NCBI GenBank assembly: GCA_963703955.1
Contig: CAVPGK010000023.1
Location: 32,001-96,000 of the forward strand
Source: Nitrospirota bacterium
GTDB taxonomy: Bacteria > Nitrospirota > Nitrospiria > Nitrospirales > Nitrospiraceae
Direction: 5' to 3'
Length of the DNA stretch: 64,000 nt
Under the pieces are notes generated by a model. It saw nothing but the letters and a program-made list of their open reading frames with translations, made no database searches and was not told the origin of the DNA. Shown here in pieces: positions 40,273 through 52,176 of the stretch. Every line of letters begins with the position of its first letter. Within the stretch, counting starts at the first letter, position 1. Position numbers and translations under genes: made by a program.

Positions 40273-42970
40273 CGCGGCGTACCGGACCGAATTGAAGGAC
40301 GAGAACAGGAGCATGAAGATTAACCCGATCGTAATGGGCACGATGATCTTGAGCCGGGCCATGGCCCGTTGCATGTTCTCGAAAGAACCACCCCAGACGA
40401 GGTGGTAGCCGGAGGGTAATTGCACTTGCTTCTTGATCTTCTGTTGCGCTTCGGCCACGATGCTTTCGATATCGCGACCCAACGTATTGAACCCGATATA
40501 GATCCGGCGTTGCAGGTTCTCGCGACTGATGAGCGCTGGCCCTTCACGCAACTCGACCTTCGCCAGGTCGCCGAGCGGAATCGAAGCTCCGGAAGCGTTG
40601 GTCAGGAGAATGTTGCTGATCGTTTCCACACTGTTGCGGTATTGCTCGGGGTATCTCAAGACGAGGTCGAACCGGCGCTGCCCTTCATAGACGCGTGTGG
40701 CCGCTTCCGCCCCGATGGCCGTGGTGATAATTTCCCGGATGTGCGCGACGTTGATCCCGTGCCGGGCGATCCTTCCACGGTCGATGTCGATCGTGAGATA
40801 GGCTTGACCGAACAATTGTTCCACCCGCACGTCTTTCACTCCTCTCACAGAGCTCATGATGGCGTGAATCTCCTCCGCGGTCCTTCTCAGGACGCTCAAG
40901 TCCTCCCCGATCACCTTCACGGTGGCCTCGGAGCGAACACCAGACAACAATTCGTCCACGCGTTGCTGGATCGGCTGGCTTAATAGGAAGTTCGCCCCGG
41001 GCACGTGTTCAAGGCGTTTCCGGATCGCGTCATCGAGCTCCGACTTCGTGTCTGCCGTGGTCCATTCCTCCATCGGCTTCAAGGAGACGACCGGATCGCT
41101 GGCGTTCGGCTCCTGTGGATCATTGCCCAATTCCGAGCGTCCGATCTTGGAGACGACCATTCTTACTTCGGGGAATTCCAGAACCGCTCGCTGCATGTCT
41201 TTCTCGATCTCGATCGATTTCTCGAGGGAGATACTTGGTAGGCGGATTGTCTGCGGCGTGATCGCCGCCTCATTGAGAATCGGGATAAATTCACCGCCGA
41301 GAAATGGAAACAGCATCAGGCTGCCCAGCAGGAGGATAATCGCGATGCCGAGCACAGCCTTGCGGTGGCCAAGAGCCCAGCTGAGAGCCGGAAGATAGAC
41401 TTGCTTGGCCCGCCGGAGGAGGAATGTGTCTTCCTCACTCCCGCTCTTTAAGGCCAGCGAACACAGCACAGGAGAGAGTGTGAGCGAAAGAATCAAAGAA
41501 ACCAGCAGCGCAATCATGATCGTGTATGCCAGGGGTTGGAACATCTTTCCTTCCATGCCGTGCAACGAAAGGATCGGCAGAAACACGATGATGATGATGA
41601 GAATGCCGAAGACGACGGGTTGCCCCACTTCCTTCACGGCCCGAATGACCAACTCCGTCCGGTTTCGCGCTTCACCGCGGTGCTCCGACAGAAGACGATA
41701 GACGTTCTCCACCACCACGACCGACCCGTCCACCATCATCCCGATCGCAATCACCAGCCCGCCCAAGGACATGAGATTAGCGGTCAGCCCGACCTGGCCC
41801 ATCACGATGAACGTCACCAACGGCGTGATGATCAGGGTCGCAGTGACGATGAGGGCGCTCCGCACATTGCCGAGGAACAGGAACAGGATCAGCACCACCA
41901 GGACGACCCCTTCGAGCAGCGCCTTATACACGGTCTGGAGTGCGGCGGTGATCAGTTCGATGCGATCGTAGAACGGCACGATGCGCAGACCGTCCGGCAA
42001 CAGGTTCTTCGCGTGAATCTCGTCGACCTTATCCTTGACCGCTTGAACCACTTCTCTGGCGTTTCCCCCGCGCAGCATCAGCACAATGGCGGCGACAACT
42101 TCCCGATCGCCGTTCAGCACCGCCGCCCCATGGCGCACCGCGTGTCCGATACGGACCTCGGCCACATCGCGCACATAGACGGGAGTGCCCCCGACCTGTT
42201 TCACGACGATAGTCTCAATATCCCCCAAGGTCTTGATCAAGCCCACGCCGCGTACGATGTATTTCTCAGCATCTTTTTCCAGAATATTGCCGCCGGCATT
42301 GGCGTTATTTTTAGCAACCGCCTCGAAGACCTCATGAAGCGCCAGGTTATATTTCCGGAGCAGGCCGGGCTCCACCATGACCTGATACTGCTTGACGAAT
42401 CCTCCTATCGAATTGACGTCCACGACATCAGGCAAACCTTTGAGCAGCGGGCGGATCACCCAATCTTGAAGAGTCCGACGTTCCATAAGGTCCGATTCAG
42501 TTGTGGTCATGGTTTTTCCCATCGTCCTGCGGCCTTTCAAGATAGTATTGATACACTTCCCCCAATCCTGTGGAATTGGGCACTAATTGCGAGACGGCTC
42601 CCGGCGGCAACACCTCCTGCACCTCAAGGACTCGTTCAAGCACCACTTGTCGCGCCAGATAGATATCGATGTCGTCCTCAAAGACGACCGTAATCATCGA
42701 GAGACCGACTTTTGACATTGACCGGATGTCGGTCAGGCCTGGGGCGCCCGTTAATTGAAGCTCGATGGGAAAAGTGACAAATCGTTCGATTTCAGCCGGC
42801 GAGAGGCCTGGCACTTTGGTGACCACCTGTACCATCACGGTCGTCACGTCGGGAAAGGCGTCAATAGGGATGGTTCTGAACGCGTACAGGCCGCCCGCGG
42901 CCAGCACACAGGCTAGCGTGACGACCAGAACCCGCTGACGAAGAGAAAGATCGAGAAGGGCGGCGATCAT
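39805..42970 (-). CDS. cusA: CusA/CzcA heavy-metal-efflux RND permease; +1 frameshift in the A5 run at 42513-42517
   Basis: IPIDAFPDVT, GLGEVYQY, TLQDWVIRP, NLMSLGGL..AIGMMVDGSVVVVEN and EGKMFQPLA. Confidence 0.92.
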
Positions 42971-42975
42971 CCAGG

Positions 42976-44230
42976 CTAGATTTGTTCTCCAAGCAGTTCG
43001 GATTTCAGCACAAAGGATCCTTTCGTGACGACCTGTTCTCCTTCCTGAAGACCGTCCAGGACTTTGACGACTTCTCCGTTGGAATCTCCGAGCTTGACGT
43101 CTCGCGCTTCAAAGACCTGCGGCTCGCGCTGCACAAACACAAACCTCCTGTCTCGCTCCCGCTGGATCGAGACTTCGGGAACCAGCAGCACGTTCGCTTC
43201 CGGCTCTGAATAGATGCGAATCGTGGCGAACATCTCCGGCTTCAGCTTGCGATCGCGGTTCTGCAGCTCCAGCCGGAGCCGCATGGTCCGCGTGGCCGGG
43301 TCCAGGACATCGCCCACGTAGGTGATCCTGCCATGAAACACCTCGTTCGGATAGGCCGAGACCCGCACCTCGGCCGACTGGTCCCGCTCGAACTGATCCG
43401 TATGGATATAGGGAATGTCCTTCTCAGGAATGTTGGCTTTGACCCAGACTTCAGAAAGATCGGCCACCACGAACAGCTTTTCGGTGGTCTCAACCACCTC
43501 TCCCTTGGTCAAATTTCGAGCGATAACTCGACCGGCAAACGGCGCGTGAATGGGGATGTAGGAACGGATGATATGATCGCGCTCAAACTGAGAGATCTCC
43601 TTATCAGTCATCCCCAACAACTCTAGGCGATCCCGGGCTTCCCGATCCTCTGCAAGAGCACTGATCCTCTCGCCTTCCCGGCGCTCAGCTTCGGCTTTCC
43701 CGATCACCTTTTCTTGCAAGAGCAACCGGGCCCGCTTGAAGGCCTGCTCAGCCACGTGCAGCTTGGCTTTCGCCTTGAGATATGCGGACTGAGCCATGCC
43801 CAGTTCACTGCTGTACATGATGGCCAGCAACGACCCCGCCTTGACCTCATTGCCGAGATCCGCATACACATCGATGACCCTGCCGCGTGCGAGTGTGGTA
43901 ATTTCCGCCAAGGTATTTTCATCGGGCGCGACAGTGCCGGGGAAATCGCGATGAGTCCGAAATTCACCGGGCACCACCTGCTGAACCTCGACTCCGGCAC
44001 GTGGTCGCCTCTTCCGCCGACAGGCGGACGAGGCCGTGCGTCGATTCCGGCACGGGCGGATGAGGCGCTTTCGTGGCCGCGTCCTGACCTGGAGCCGTAT
44101 CACAGCTCGCGCTCCCCTGCAGCAGGACAGCACACAACCAGGCTCGCAGCAGGTTGAGCCTCAGGTTAGGAGACTTGAGGTAATCTAGGTTGCTCGGAGA
44201 TCTGCTCTTCATCTCCTGACTCTCCGCCAC
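42976..44230 (-). CDS. RND membrane fusion protein (CusB/CzcB-like); frameshift near 44003
   Basis: Lipoprotein-like N-terminus (43964-44230 ORF) joins YSSELGMAQ, IHAPFAGRV, ADLSEVWV, DPATRT and LKPEMFA. Confidence 0.9.
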
Positions 44231-44251
44231 ACCTTACTCCTCCGGACACTC

Positions 44252-45622
44252 TCACAGCAATCCCCCCACCGCGCGCTCAAGCCGGGCGAGAGATACGGAC
44301 AGGTCGAACCGGGCTTGCACATAGTCGAACAGGACCTGCCGCAGCACCCGCTGCGCATCCAGTACCTCGAGCAGACTCGATTCACCTTGTTGAAAACTGA
44401 ACTGCGCGATTCGAAGCGCTTCCTGGGCTTGCTTCAGCAAGCCCTTTTCGAACACATCGATCAGCTCCGCCGTCGTCTGCGCATCTTGGAAATGCTGATT
44501 GATCTCTTTAAACAAAGAGTTACGTGCGCGCAGTAACTCCGCTTCTTCCCGGCGCTTCGTCCCAAAGGCTTCCGTAATTTCGCCTTGCCTCCGATACCAG
44601 ATCGGCGTTGGGACGCTCAACCCCGCGGTGAAAGCCTCTCGTCCGACTTCCCGCCAATAGGACCCGCTGACCGTGACATTGGGAACACGCGCTTGACGCT
44701 GGAACTCGATGCTTTGGTTCGCCTGCTCGACAGATCTGGAAAGACGCTGCACCGTCGGATGCTCATCGAGCGCGCGCTGGGTCAGGCTCGTGAGATTGAC
44801 AGCCTGCGGAAATTTTTCGAAGTCACCTTTTATCGAGTAGCCTGTCCCGAGCGCGCCAACGGTCAGCGTATCCAGTACCACCCGATTCACACGCACCGTG
44901 TTATCCGCGCGGGTCACCACTTGATTCGCTTTGAGGACTTCCACTTCGGCCTTGATCGCTTCAAACTGAGGCGCCTCACCCAACCTGACACGAGCCTTGA
45001 CGATCCGCTGAACGTCTTCGACGATGGCCAGGTTTTGCCTCGCCAGATCGGCATTCCGCTGGGCCAAGAGTAATTCGTAGAACTCGATTTTCACCTCAGC
45101 GATCAGATTCAACCGCGTCTCCAACAACCCCGCATTGGCGCCGGAAAGCCCCGCCTCGGCAGCGCGCTTGCGAGCGGCGCGCTTGGCCGGCCATTCCAGC
45201 GGCTGGCCTAGCGTGAAATTGTATTCTGTAATCGTGGCCGGGGGGATTTCCTCGACAGCACTGGGCGTTATGCGTCCTGTTTCCCTCAAACTCCCGCGTC
45301 CACCGTTTCCGTGAAACAAAGGGTTCGGATAGGCTCCAGCGGTCATCCGCAGGCCGCGGCTTTGTTCAATGACAGCCTCGGCCCCCGCCACGCTCGGATT
45401 GCGGGCCAAGGCCAGATCGATGACCTGATCAATCTCGTACATCGGGGGAGTTGATCCGGCCGCAAAGGTGTGATCGGCCCCCCTCACCAGCGAGAGTAAC
45501 GCGCTGACGAAGCCGATCAAGACAAGCCAGCGTGATAATTTCATACGCGCTCCCGTGGCCAAGGCACTCGCTTTCCCACAGCGCCCAGCGTGTCTTTCAG
45601 GATAGGATCTTGTTCTTCTCAT
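44252..45622 (-). CDS. TolC/CzcC-family outer membrane efflux protein (alternative start 45544)
   Basis: AGAYPNP, QPLEWP.KR, GESSLLEVLDAQR and LERAVG; first gene of the CBA operon. Confidence 0.92.
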   Translation of the reverse strand: MRRTRSYPERHAGRCGKASALATGARMKLSRWLVLIGFVSALLSLVRGADHTFAAGSTPPMYEIDQVIDLALARNPSVAGAEAVIEQSRGLRMTAGAYPNPLFHGNGGRGSLRETGRITPSAVEEIPPATITEYNFTLGQPLEWPAKRAARKRAAEAGLSGANAGLLETRLNLIAEVKIEFYELLLAQRNADLARQNLAIVEDVQRIVKARVRLGEAPQFEAIKAEVEVLKANQVVTRADNTVRVNRVVLDTLTVGALGTGYSIKGDFEKFPQAVNLTSLTQRALDEHPTVQRLSRSVEQANQSIEFQRQARVPNVTVSGSYWREVGREAFTAGLSVPTPIWYRRQGEITEAFGTKRREEAELLRARNSLFKEINQHFQDAQTTAELIDVFEKGLLKQAQEALRIAQFSFQQGESSLLEVLDAQRVLRQVLFDYVQARFDLSVSLARLERAVGGLL

Positions 45623-45681
45623 GGAGAGCTCCTTCCTCCTGAGGTATCCGGATCGTATCGGCCATCCCGTTCCCATCACTC

Positions 45682-46880
45682 TCATCGAATTGCCGCGGAC
45701 GCGATCGAACGGTCGATCGCGGCCTTTTTCTTTTCCGGTCCCAACCGGGCCCCGGTTTTCACGTCGAAGACATGCGGGGCCGCTCCGACCAGAGAGAGCA
45801 CCACGCAGGTTCCCGGTCTGGCTGTGAAGCCGCTTTCGGCCAACCCGACGATCGTTCTTCGCGGGCCCTCACTGAGGCGGGGCGATCATACGGCCCGACT
45901 TCGCACGTCACCCAGATCTGCCCGCCGGTCGGTTCGATCAGCCGGACAGCACCGATGACCTCCCGCGTGCCGGATTTCCGTTCATTGTCGGAGATTGCCC
46001 CACTCCCCTTGATGGTCTGGACGCGGATATCCTCAGGTCTGACGCCCAGCGTTACAGCGTTGCCGTGATCGAGAGTCGCCCCCGCGGGGATCGGCATCCG
46101 TATCGAGCCGGCCACCGCCTCCTGACCGTCCACGCTGGCCTCGAAGGTATTCATCGAGGGATATCCGATGAAGCCGGCCACGAAGACATTCCCCGGCAGA
46201 TCATACAGGTCCTGCGGTGTTCCGACCTGCTGCAGGCGCCCGTGATCCAGGACCGCGAGGCGGTCGGCCAGCGTCATCGCCTCGGTCTGGTCATGGGTCA
46301 CGTAGATCATTGTAATGCCCAGTTCGTCGTGAAGTCGTCGCAATTCCGCCCGCATGCCGGCTCTGAGTTGCGCGTCCAGATTCGAGAGGGGTTCATCCAA
46401 TAAGAAGACGCTCGGTTTTCTGATCAGGGCACGCCCTAAGGCCACCCGTTGACGCTGGCCGCCAGACAGCTCCCGCGGTCTGCGTCCGAGAAGCGGCTCG
46501 AGTCCCAAGAGACCCGCTACACGTCCGACTTCCTCTTCGATCCTCTGGCGATCAAGATCGGCGGTGCGCGGTCCTACCCGAAGGGGGAAGGCCAAATTCT
46601 CGGCGACCGTCATGTGCGGATAGAGCGCATAACTTTGAAACACGAGGGCGATATCTCGCTCACGCGGGGCGAGCAGCGTCACATCTCGCCCGTCGAACCA
46701 AATCCTACCGGTCGTCGGCGCATCCAACCCGGCAATCAGATGGAGAAGCGTCGATTTCCCACATCCTGACGGACCGACCAGGACAAAAAACTCCCCATCA
46801 TGAATAGTCAGCGTGAGATCGGGAATGATCTCCGCAGACCCCGCGCGCTTGCATAACCCTTCCAACCTGACTTCAGCCAT
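45682..46880 (-). CDS. Sugar ABC transporter ATP-binding protein (MalK/SugC-like); frameshift near 45865
   Basis: GPSGCGKST, VFQSYALYPHM, LSGGQRQRVA and LLDEPLSNLD. The shifted frame gives the typical end PHVFDVKTGARL. Confidence 0.92.
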
Positions 46881-46957
46881 TCTTCATCGACTCTCCGAAA
46901 GACTGAGGATGAGGTTCGGAGAATCGATACCCCCTCAGTCCTCAACACTCGGTCCTA

Positions 46958-47766
46958 TTACCCCTTGACACTTCCTGCCGTCAGACCCGCCACAATCTGC
47001 TTCTGAAACAAGACCGCCAGCAGCAGGACCGGCGCCGTGACTAGTATCGTCGCCGCCGCCATATCACCCCACGGCACTTCATGCAGCCCTGGGAACAAGG
47101 CAATCGCCACCGGGGCGGTCCTCGACTGCTCGGTCGCCGTCAGTGTCAAGGCGAACAAGAATTCATTCCATGAAAAGATAAAAACCAACAGGGCGGCCAC
47201 AGCAATGCCAGGCAGCGCCGTCGGGAGTATCACCGAGATCAGGGCGCGGATGGGGCTGCAGCCGTCCACCCGAGCGGCCCAATACAACTCCACGGGGATC
47301 TGGCGAAAAAACTCGTCAATACCCAGATCGCCAGCGGAAGCGCATACGCAGTGTGGATCAAGATCAACGCGACGAGGGTGTCGCGCAATCCCAGCGCGCG
47401 GGCCAGCAAGTACACCGGGCTGATTGCGGCAATCGGAGGAAACATCGAGACGGACAGAATCAGTCCCATGATCACCGTGCTCCCTCGGATGGGAAGTCGG
47501 GCAAGCCCGAACGCGCACGGTGCGCCGAGCGCGATGGCCGAACCGGTGGTGCTCGCCGCCACGACAAAACTATTGAATAACTCGCGGCGTAGTGAGGAGC
47601 GGACCAGCACGGACCGATAGTGATCGCCGGTCGGCGATTCGGGTAGCAGCGGCGGGAGTCGGACGAGCGCCGACTCCGGCTTGACCGAACTGATCGCTTG
47701 CCAGACGACCGGTCCCAGACAGAAGGTTGTTGCAACGACGATCAGAAGGCTCCGTAAGAGCGCCAT
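46958..47766 (-). CDS. Sugar ABC permease (MalG-like); missing T in the run at 47306-47311
   Basis: FNSFVVA, MFPPIA and LPLAIW, then FFRQIP.EL..AARVDG and FSWNEFLFAL in the shifted frame. Confidence 0.9.
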
Positions 47767-48735
47767 CAGGAGGCGACCTTTTCGATATGGCGGCGCATCA
47801 ACAGGAGGTACCCCGCCGTGATACCGAGCACCAACAGGAACATCATCGACGTCAACGCCGACCCATAGCCGAACCGGAGACTCTGGAACAGCGTCTTGTA
47901 GGCATAAATGGAGAGCGTCTCGGTGCTGTTGCCAGGGCCTCCTCCCGTCAGCACATAGATAGCGTCGAACACCCGAAACGCGTCCATGGTTCTGAACGCC
48001 AGGACGATCAGAATCACCGGCATCAGGAGGGGCAGCGTGACATGGCGAAACGTCGCCCACCAGCCGGCACCATCGACCCGAGCCGCGAGATACAGCTCGC
48101 GCGGAATGGTCTGGAGCCCCGCCAGTAGCAGCAGCGCGGCGAAAGGCGTGGCCTTCCACACATCCATGAGAATCGCCGCATGGATCGCCCACACGGGAGA
48201 ACCCAGCCAGTTGATCGAGTCCCGCACCAACCCGCTCGACCGCAAGGCAAAATTGAACAGTCCATACTCCGGGTGATAGAGCCATTCCCACATGCGGGCT
48301 GACACGACCGTCGGAATGGCCCATGGCACCAGGATGAGCACCCGATTCCACCTCTGCCGCCCGCCGGGCACCAAGCCGGCTCCCGACTCCGTCTGAGACC
48401 ACGCGCCATCCATCACCAACGCCATTCGCGAGGCCCAGCACGAGCTCGGCCGCAACCGACACGGCGGTGAAATACAAGGTCGTGCCGCAGGCCGACCAGA
48501 ACCGTTCATCGCCTGCGATCAAGACATAATTGCGAAACCCGATAAATTCATTCACATTAAAAATGGGCAGGCGCCGATGGAGGCTCAACCATATGGAGTC
48601 GAAGATCGGCGCGACGGCGAAGACGAACAGGAGCGCCAGGGCCGGCCCGATCAACACATAGCCCCACGCCCGTTCGGATATCGTCGGGCCGAGTGCGGCG
48701 AAGAACCGGCTGCTCGAGGAACTACCGGAAGACAA
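47766..48735 (-). CDS. Sugar ABC permease (MalF-like); frameshift near 48428
   Basis: FIGFRNY and ELVLGL, then LVPWAIPTVVS, DVWKATPF, ELYLAARVDGA and LTGGGPG.STE. Confidence 0.9.
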
Positions 48736-50107
48736 GACGATTCTCCGTGGGCTGTCCGGCGTCAGCTTGACTCGCGTCGCCGATACCTAGAAGATTAGCC
48801 ATCTGCTTCCGCACAGACGCCAGCGCGGCCTCGGGCGTCTTCCGTCCCACAAGCGCCGCGCTGAACTCCGGCTGCAGCACTTGCGACAGCATCAAGTAAT
48901 ACGGAGTCACGGGGCGAGGGCGGGCAGCAAGAAACACGGGAAAGAGATGTTCCAGCGACGGATGGGCTCGGCGAAGCACCGGATCGGCGTACAAGCTGTG
49001 CCGAGCAGGATGGTAGCCCAATTCCAGCGCCAACTGTTGCTGAACTTTCGGGGAAGTAAGAAAAGCGATCAAGTCGGCGGCCAACCGAGGCTGATCCCCG
49101 TGGTTGGGAACGGCCAACATCCAACCGCCCAAGGTCGAAGTCGATGGGTATCCCGGGAAGGAGGGTAAGGGCGTCAGACCGACCTGGCCGCGCAAGGGTG
49201 AATTATCCTGTTCAAGCAGCGACCAGACATACGGCCAATTCCGCATAAAGACGGCGCGCCCATCGCCGAATAACAGCCGCGTGGCTTCTTCATCGGAAGT
49301 GGACACCAACGGGGGAGAGATGCCGTCGTTCACCAGGTCTCGCATGAAGCTCAATCCCGCCTCGGCGTCGGCCGTCCCGCTCGCATTCATGATGGTCCCG
49401 CCGTGGCCCCAAATAAACTCCAACGCGACACAGACGAGGCCCTCGTATTGCTTGCCGGGCCAGAGAAACCCCTTCAAAGCCGGGTCGCGTTCTCCATCCA
49501 GCACAGTGCGAACAATACGGACAAGATCCGGCCATGTGCGCGGCGGATCGAAGCCGTAGCGTGCCAAGAGATCGCGCCGATAATAGAGGACCCCCGCATC
49601 GACATACCATGGAACCGCATAGAGCCGGCCGTCGAAAGTCGCCGCCTGGAGGGCCGACTCGAAATAGTCGTTCCGTTCGGAGGGAAGAAGAAGGTCATCG
49701 ACCGACTGGATCCATCCGGCACGCGCAAATTCAGGCACCCAAATGACATCGACCGCGAACACGTCGAACGGCACGTGTCCACTATCCAAGTTGATGGCAT
49801 AGTACTGGTGCTGTTGATCGGTCGAGGCCGGAAGCACCTCCTCCCGTACGGTCACACCGGGGTGTTGCCGCTCGAAATCCCGCAGCAGGCTCTGCATCAC
49901 CCGCGGATCACCCGTCAGCTTCCCGTGCTTGAAAACCAGCTCAGTCGCGGATTGCGGTTCATTTCCCGCCGCACACGACACGAGAGAAAGGATTTGCAGA
50001 ATGCTCAAGATGGTTATCCGACAAGGTCGAGGCGAAGGCGAAGCCCGGAGCGTACCCTCTGAGGTCCGTGAGGACTTTCGCCGAGCCAGAACAAAGCTGG
50101 AGGCCAT
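48722..50107 (-). CDS. Sugar ABC substrate-binding lipoprotein (trehalose/maltose ThuE/LpqY-like); start uncertain
   Basis: DVIWVPEFA, LYAVPW, LYYRRDLL, QYEGLVC, FMRNWPY, STLGGW and RPVTPYY. Confidence 0.9.
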   Translation of the reverse strand: MASSFVLARRKSSRTSEGTLRASPSPRPCRITILSILQILSLVSCAAGNEPQSATELVFKHGKLTGDPRVMQSLLRDFERQHPGVTVREEVLPASTDQQHQYYAINLDSGHVPFDVFAVDVIWVPEFARAGWIQSVDDLLLPSERNDYFESALQAATFDGRLYAVPWYVDAGVLYYRRDLLARYGFDPPRTWPDLVRIVRTVLDGERDPALKGFLWPGKQYEGLVCVALEFIWGHGGTIMNASGTADAEAGLSFMRDLVNDGISPPLVSTSDEEATRLLFGDGRAVFMRNWPYVWSLLEQDNSPLRGQVGLTPLPSFPGYPSTSTLGGWMLAVPNHGDQPRLAADLIAFLTSPKVQQQLALELGYHPARHSLYADPVLRRAHPSLEHLFPVFLAARPRPVTPYYLMLSQVLQPEFSAALVGRKTPEAALASVRKQMANLLGIGDASQADAGQPTENRLVFR

Positions 50108-50120
50108 TTTCAACATTCCG

Positions 50121-50831
50121 CTACATATGGCGGAGATCATCGGGCGGAGGCCTGTCACGCAAACGATCCGACAATCTTCGTTCCAAAAAGTCTTTGGCCA
50201 AATCCTTGGCGCCTAATCCAAAAGCGATAGCCGCCGCCAACACCACTCCGCCCAAAGTAATCCCGAAGCCCACCACGACGATGTTTTGCGCAATTCCAAG
50301 CTGCTCCAAGGCCATCGCCACGGCCACCAATTGCACCCCCCATCGCGAGAAGGTCGCGACTGCGCGGGCGGGGGGAAGACCGGAATTGACCGCCGCGATG
50401 AGCACGGCTTGAGCGACGAAATTCGAGAGCAGGTATCCGGCGACGAGAATCAGCAGGGCGGTGAACAGGTACGGAATATAGGCCAGAAACGACTGGGCGA
50501 ATCGGTTGATCGGCTGCATGTTCAACGCCCCCAAGCCGGCGATCACCGCAAAGAGGAGGATGACCCAGGACACGGCTTGACCCACAAGACGGGAGGGATC
50601 GGTCTTTACGCCGCCTCGAGCCAAGGCGGCCGTGGCTCCTAATCGATTGCTGAGATGATCCAATCCGATGACACGCAACAACCGTTCGATCACCAGACCC
50701 GTGGCCCAGGCGGTGACCCACCCGAGGGATAGAATGATGGCCATCGCCAGGAGATTGGGCGAAAGGTCCAACACCTTTTTCCCCAACGCGGTCAACGGGG
50801 CGAGGAGGGCGGAGTCGATGAAGTCTTTCAT
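50121..50831 (-). CDS. MscS-associated 'TM helix' repeat membrane protein (CmpX-like)
   Basis: Two PNLL.A/PYLF.A TM-helix repeats; ALEQLGIA and AIAFGLG.KD.A. Confidence 0.8.
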   Translation of the reverse strand: MKDFIDSALLAPLTALGKKVLDLSPNLLAMAIILSLGWVTAWATGLVIERLLRVIGLDHLSNRLGATAALARGGVKTDPSRLVGQAVSWVILLFAVIAGLGALNMQPINRFAQSFLAYIPYLFTALLILVAGYLLSNFVAQAVLIAAVNSGLPPARAVATFSRWGVQLVAVAMALEQLGIAQNIVVVGFGITLGGVVLAAAIAFGLGAKDLAKDFLERRLSDRLRDRPPPDDLRHM

Positions 50832-50886
50832 GAGAGCCCCCAGCTGATAGCCAAAAGTGAGGTAGCTAACAGCTACTAGCTACCAT

Positions 50887-52176
50887 CTATTTCTTGCCAG
50901 CTATTTGTGATTTGCTCGTCCATCGGTCGACAAGATACGGCTTGTTGTCTTCGAACGCTTGACACAAAGTCTCGATCCGATCCTCGGCCTCAAGTGAGGT
51001 GAGCCCTTGGGTCTCCAACACAAACGAGGCCGTTCGTCCCAGATACAGCGGAGTCAGCGCCTTAAGCAGATGGTCCTGCGGGAGGATGCGGTGGTGGAAC
51101 GACACCGCCGCATCATACACCAAGCGTGCCCACAAGTCGTCGGCGATTCGGAACGCCTGCATGGAACAATCGGCGAGCGGAAGCAGGCCATCGACGTTCT
51201 TAGCCGCGAGCATCTGACGCCAGATGGGTTCAAGGTCCAGCAAGCCCTGACGAAAACTGGCGACCATCCGCTCAACGTTGACGTGAATGGGCTCGACGCC
51301 AACCCCATATTGAAAACCGAAGAGTCTGACCGCATTCGATCCTTTCAACTCGCTCCACACGGTTTGGTGCTCTTCCATCAAGGCAAAGACCGCCCCAACC
51401 ACCTGGACCAGCATCGCGGCGAGATCCGCGGCCGGATCCTTTGGATTGTGCAGCTTGGCCCCCAAAAAGCTCTGGCAGACACGAGCGCCGCTGGCGATAG
51501 CCTCCGTAGTCATCCAGATGTCAATACCGAACCGGGCGACGTCAGACTCCCAGACGTGCTTGTTCGCGTAATGTTCCGCCAGTTTGCCGGAAAAGCCAAA
51601 ATCTCCCCCGATCGGCTGGCGAATTCGCTGCCCATACAAGGCCCTGGTGAGAGGATAGACAATGCTATTGGTGATGGTGCCATCGTACTTGTGCCGGAGA
51701 TAAAACGGCGCGACGTAATCGAATCCTTCGTCGAGCACCGGCCGGATCAACAGCTCAATCCACTCCGGCGTAATGCTGCGCAAATCGGAATCGACCACGG
51801 CGCAGGCCTTCGCGTTCAATCGTCGCGCGATTTCAAACACAGTCCGGAACGCGCTGCCCTTCCCCGGAATCCCTTGGTACGGAGTGATGATCTTGTGTAG
51901 AGGGCTCTGGTGATCGCTGATCAGCATGGCCTGGTAGTCGACGATCGCACGCGTGACGACATCTGGGGTACCGTCCATGGAGCCGCCGTCTGAGTTCACC
52001 AGCACTGCTCGGCGGCCGGAAAAATACTTCGCCAGTCCTGCACTCACCGCTCGAACCACGTGGCCGATGGTGTCGGCATTGTTGTAGCTCGGTATGCCGA
52101 TCAGGATCTCCGCTTGACCGATCTCACCCACCTTAGCCTCGGTGGTGGCTGTCAGGAGAGTCGCTGCGGAATTCAT
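50887..52176 (-). CDS. GT-A glycosyltransferase, mannosylglycerate/glucosylglycerate synthase-like
   Basis: GIPSYNNA.TI, NSDGGS.DGT, PGKGSA, VDSDLRSI, RHKYDGTITN, RQPIGGDFG and FGIDIW. Confidence 0.82.
   Translation of the reverse strand: MNSAATLLTATTEAKVGEIGQAEILIGIPSYNNADTIGHVVRAVSAGLAKYFSGRRAVLVNSDGGSMDGTPDVVTRAIVDYQAMLISDHQSPLHKIITPYQGIPGKGSAFRTVFEIARRLNAKACAVVDSDLRSITPEWIELLIRPVLDEGFDYVAPFYLRHKYDGTITNSIVYPLTRALYGQRIRQPIGGDFGFSGKLAEHYANKHVWESDVARFGIDIWMTTEAIASGARVCQSFLGAKLHNPKDPAADLAAMLVQVVGAVFALMEEHQTVWSELKGSNAVRLFGFQYGVGVEPIHVNVERMVASFRQGLLDLEPIWRQMLAAKNVDGLLPLADCSMQAFRIADDLWARLVYDAAVSFHHRILPQDHLLKALTPLYLGRTASFVLETQGLTSLEAEDRIETLCQAFEDNKPYLVDRWTSKSQIAGKK

Noticed and set aside
42505..42525. 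Programmed frameshift or phase variation in cusA at GGG-AAAAA-C
   Set aside because: The run is short and neighbouring genes show similar single indels, so error is the simpler explanation.
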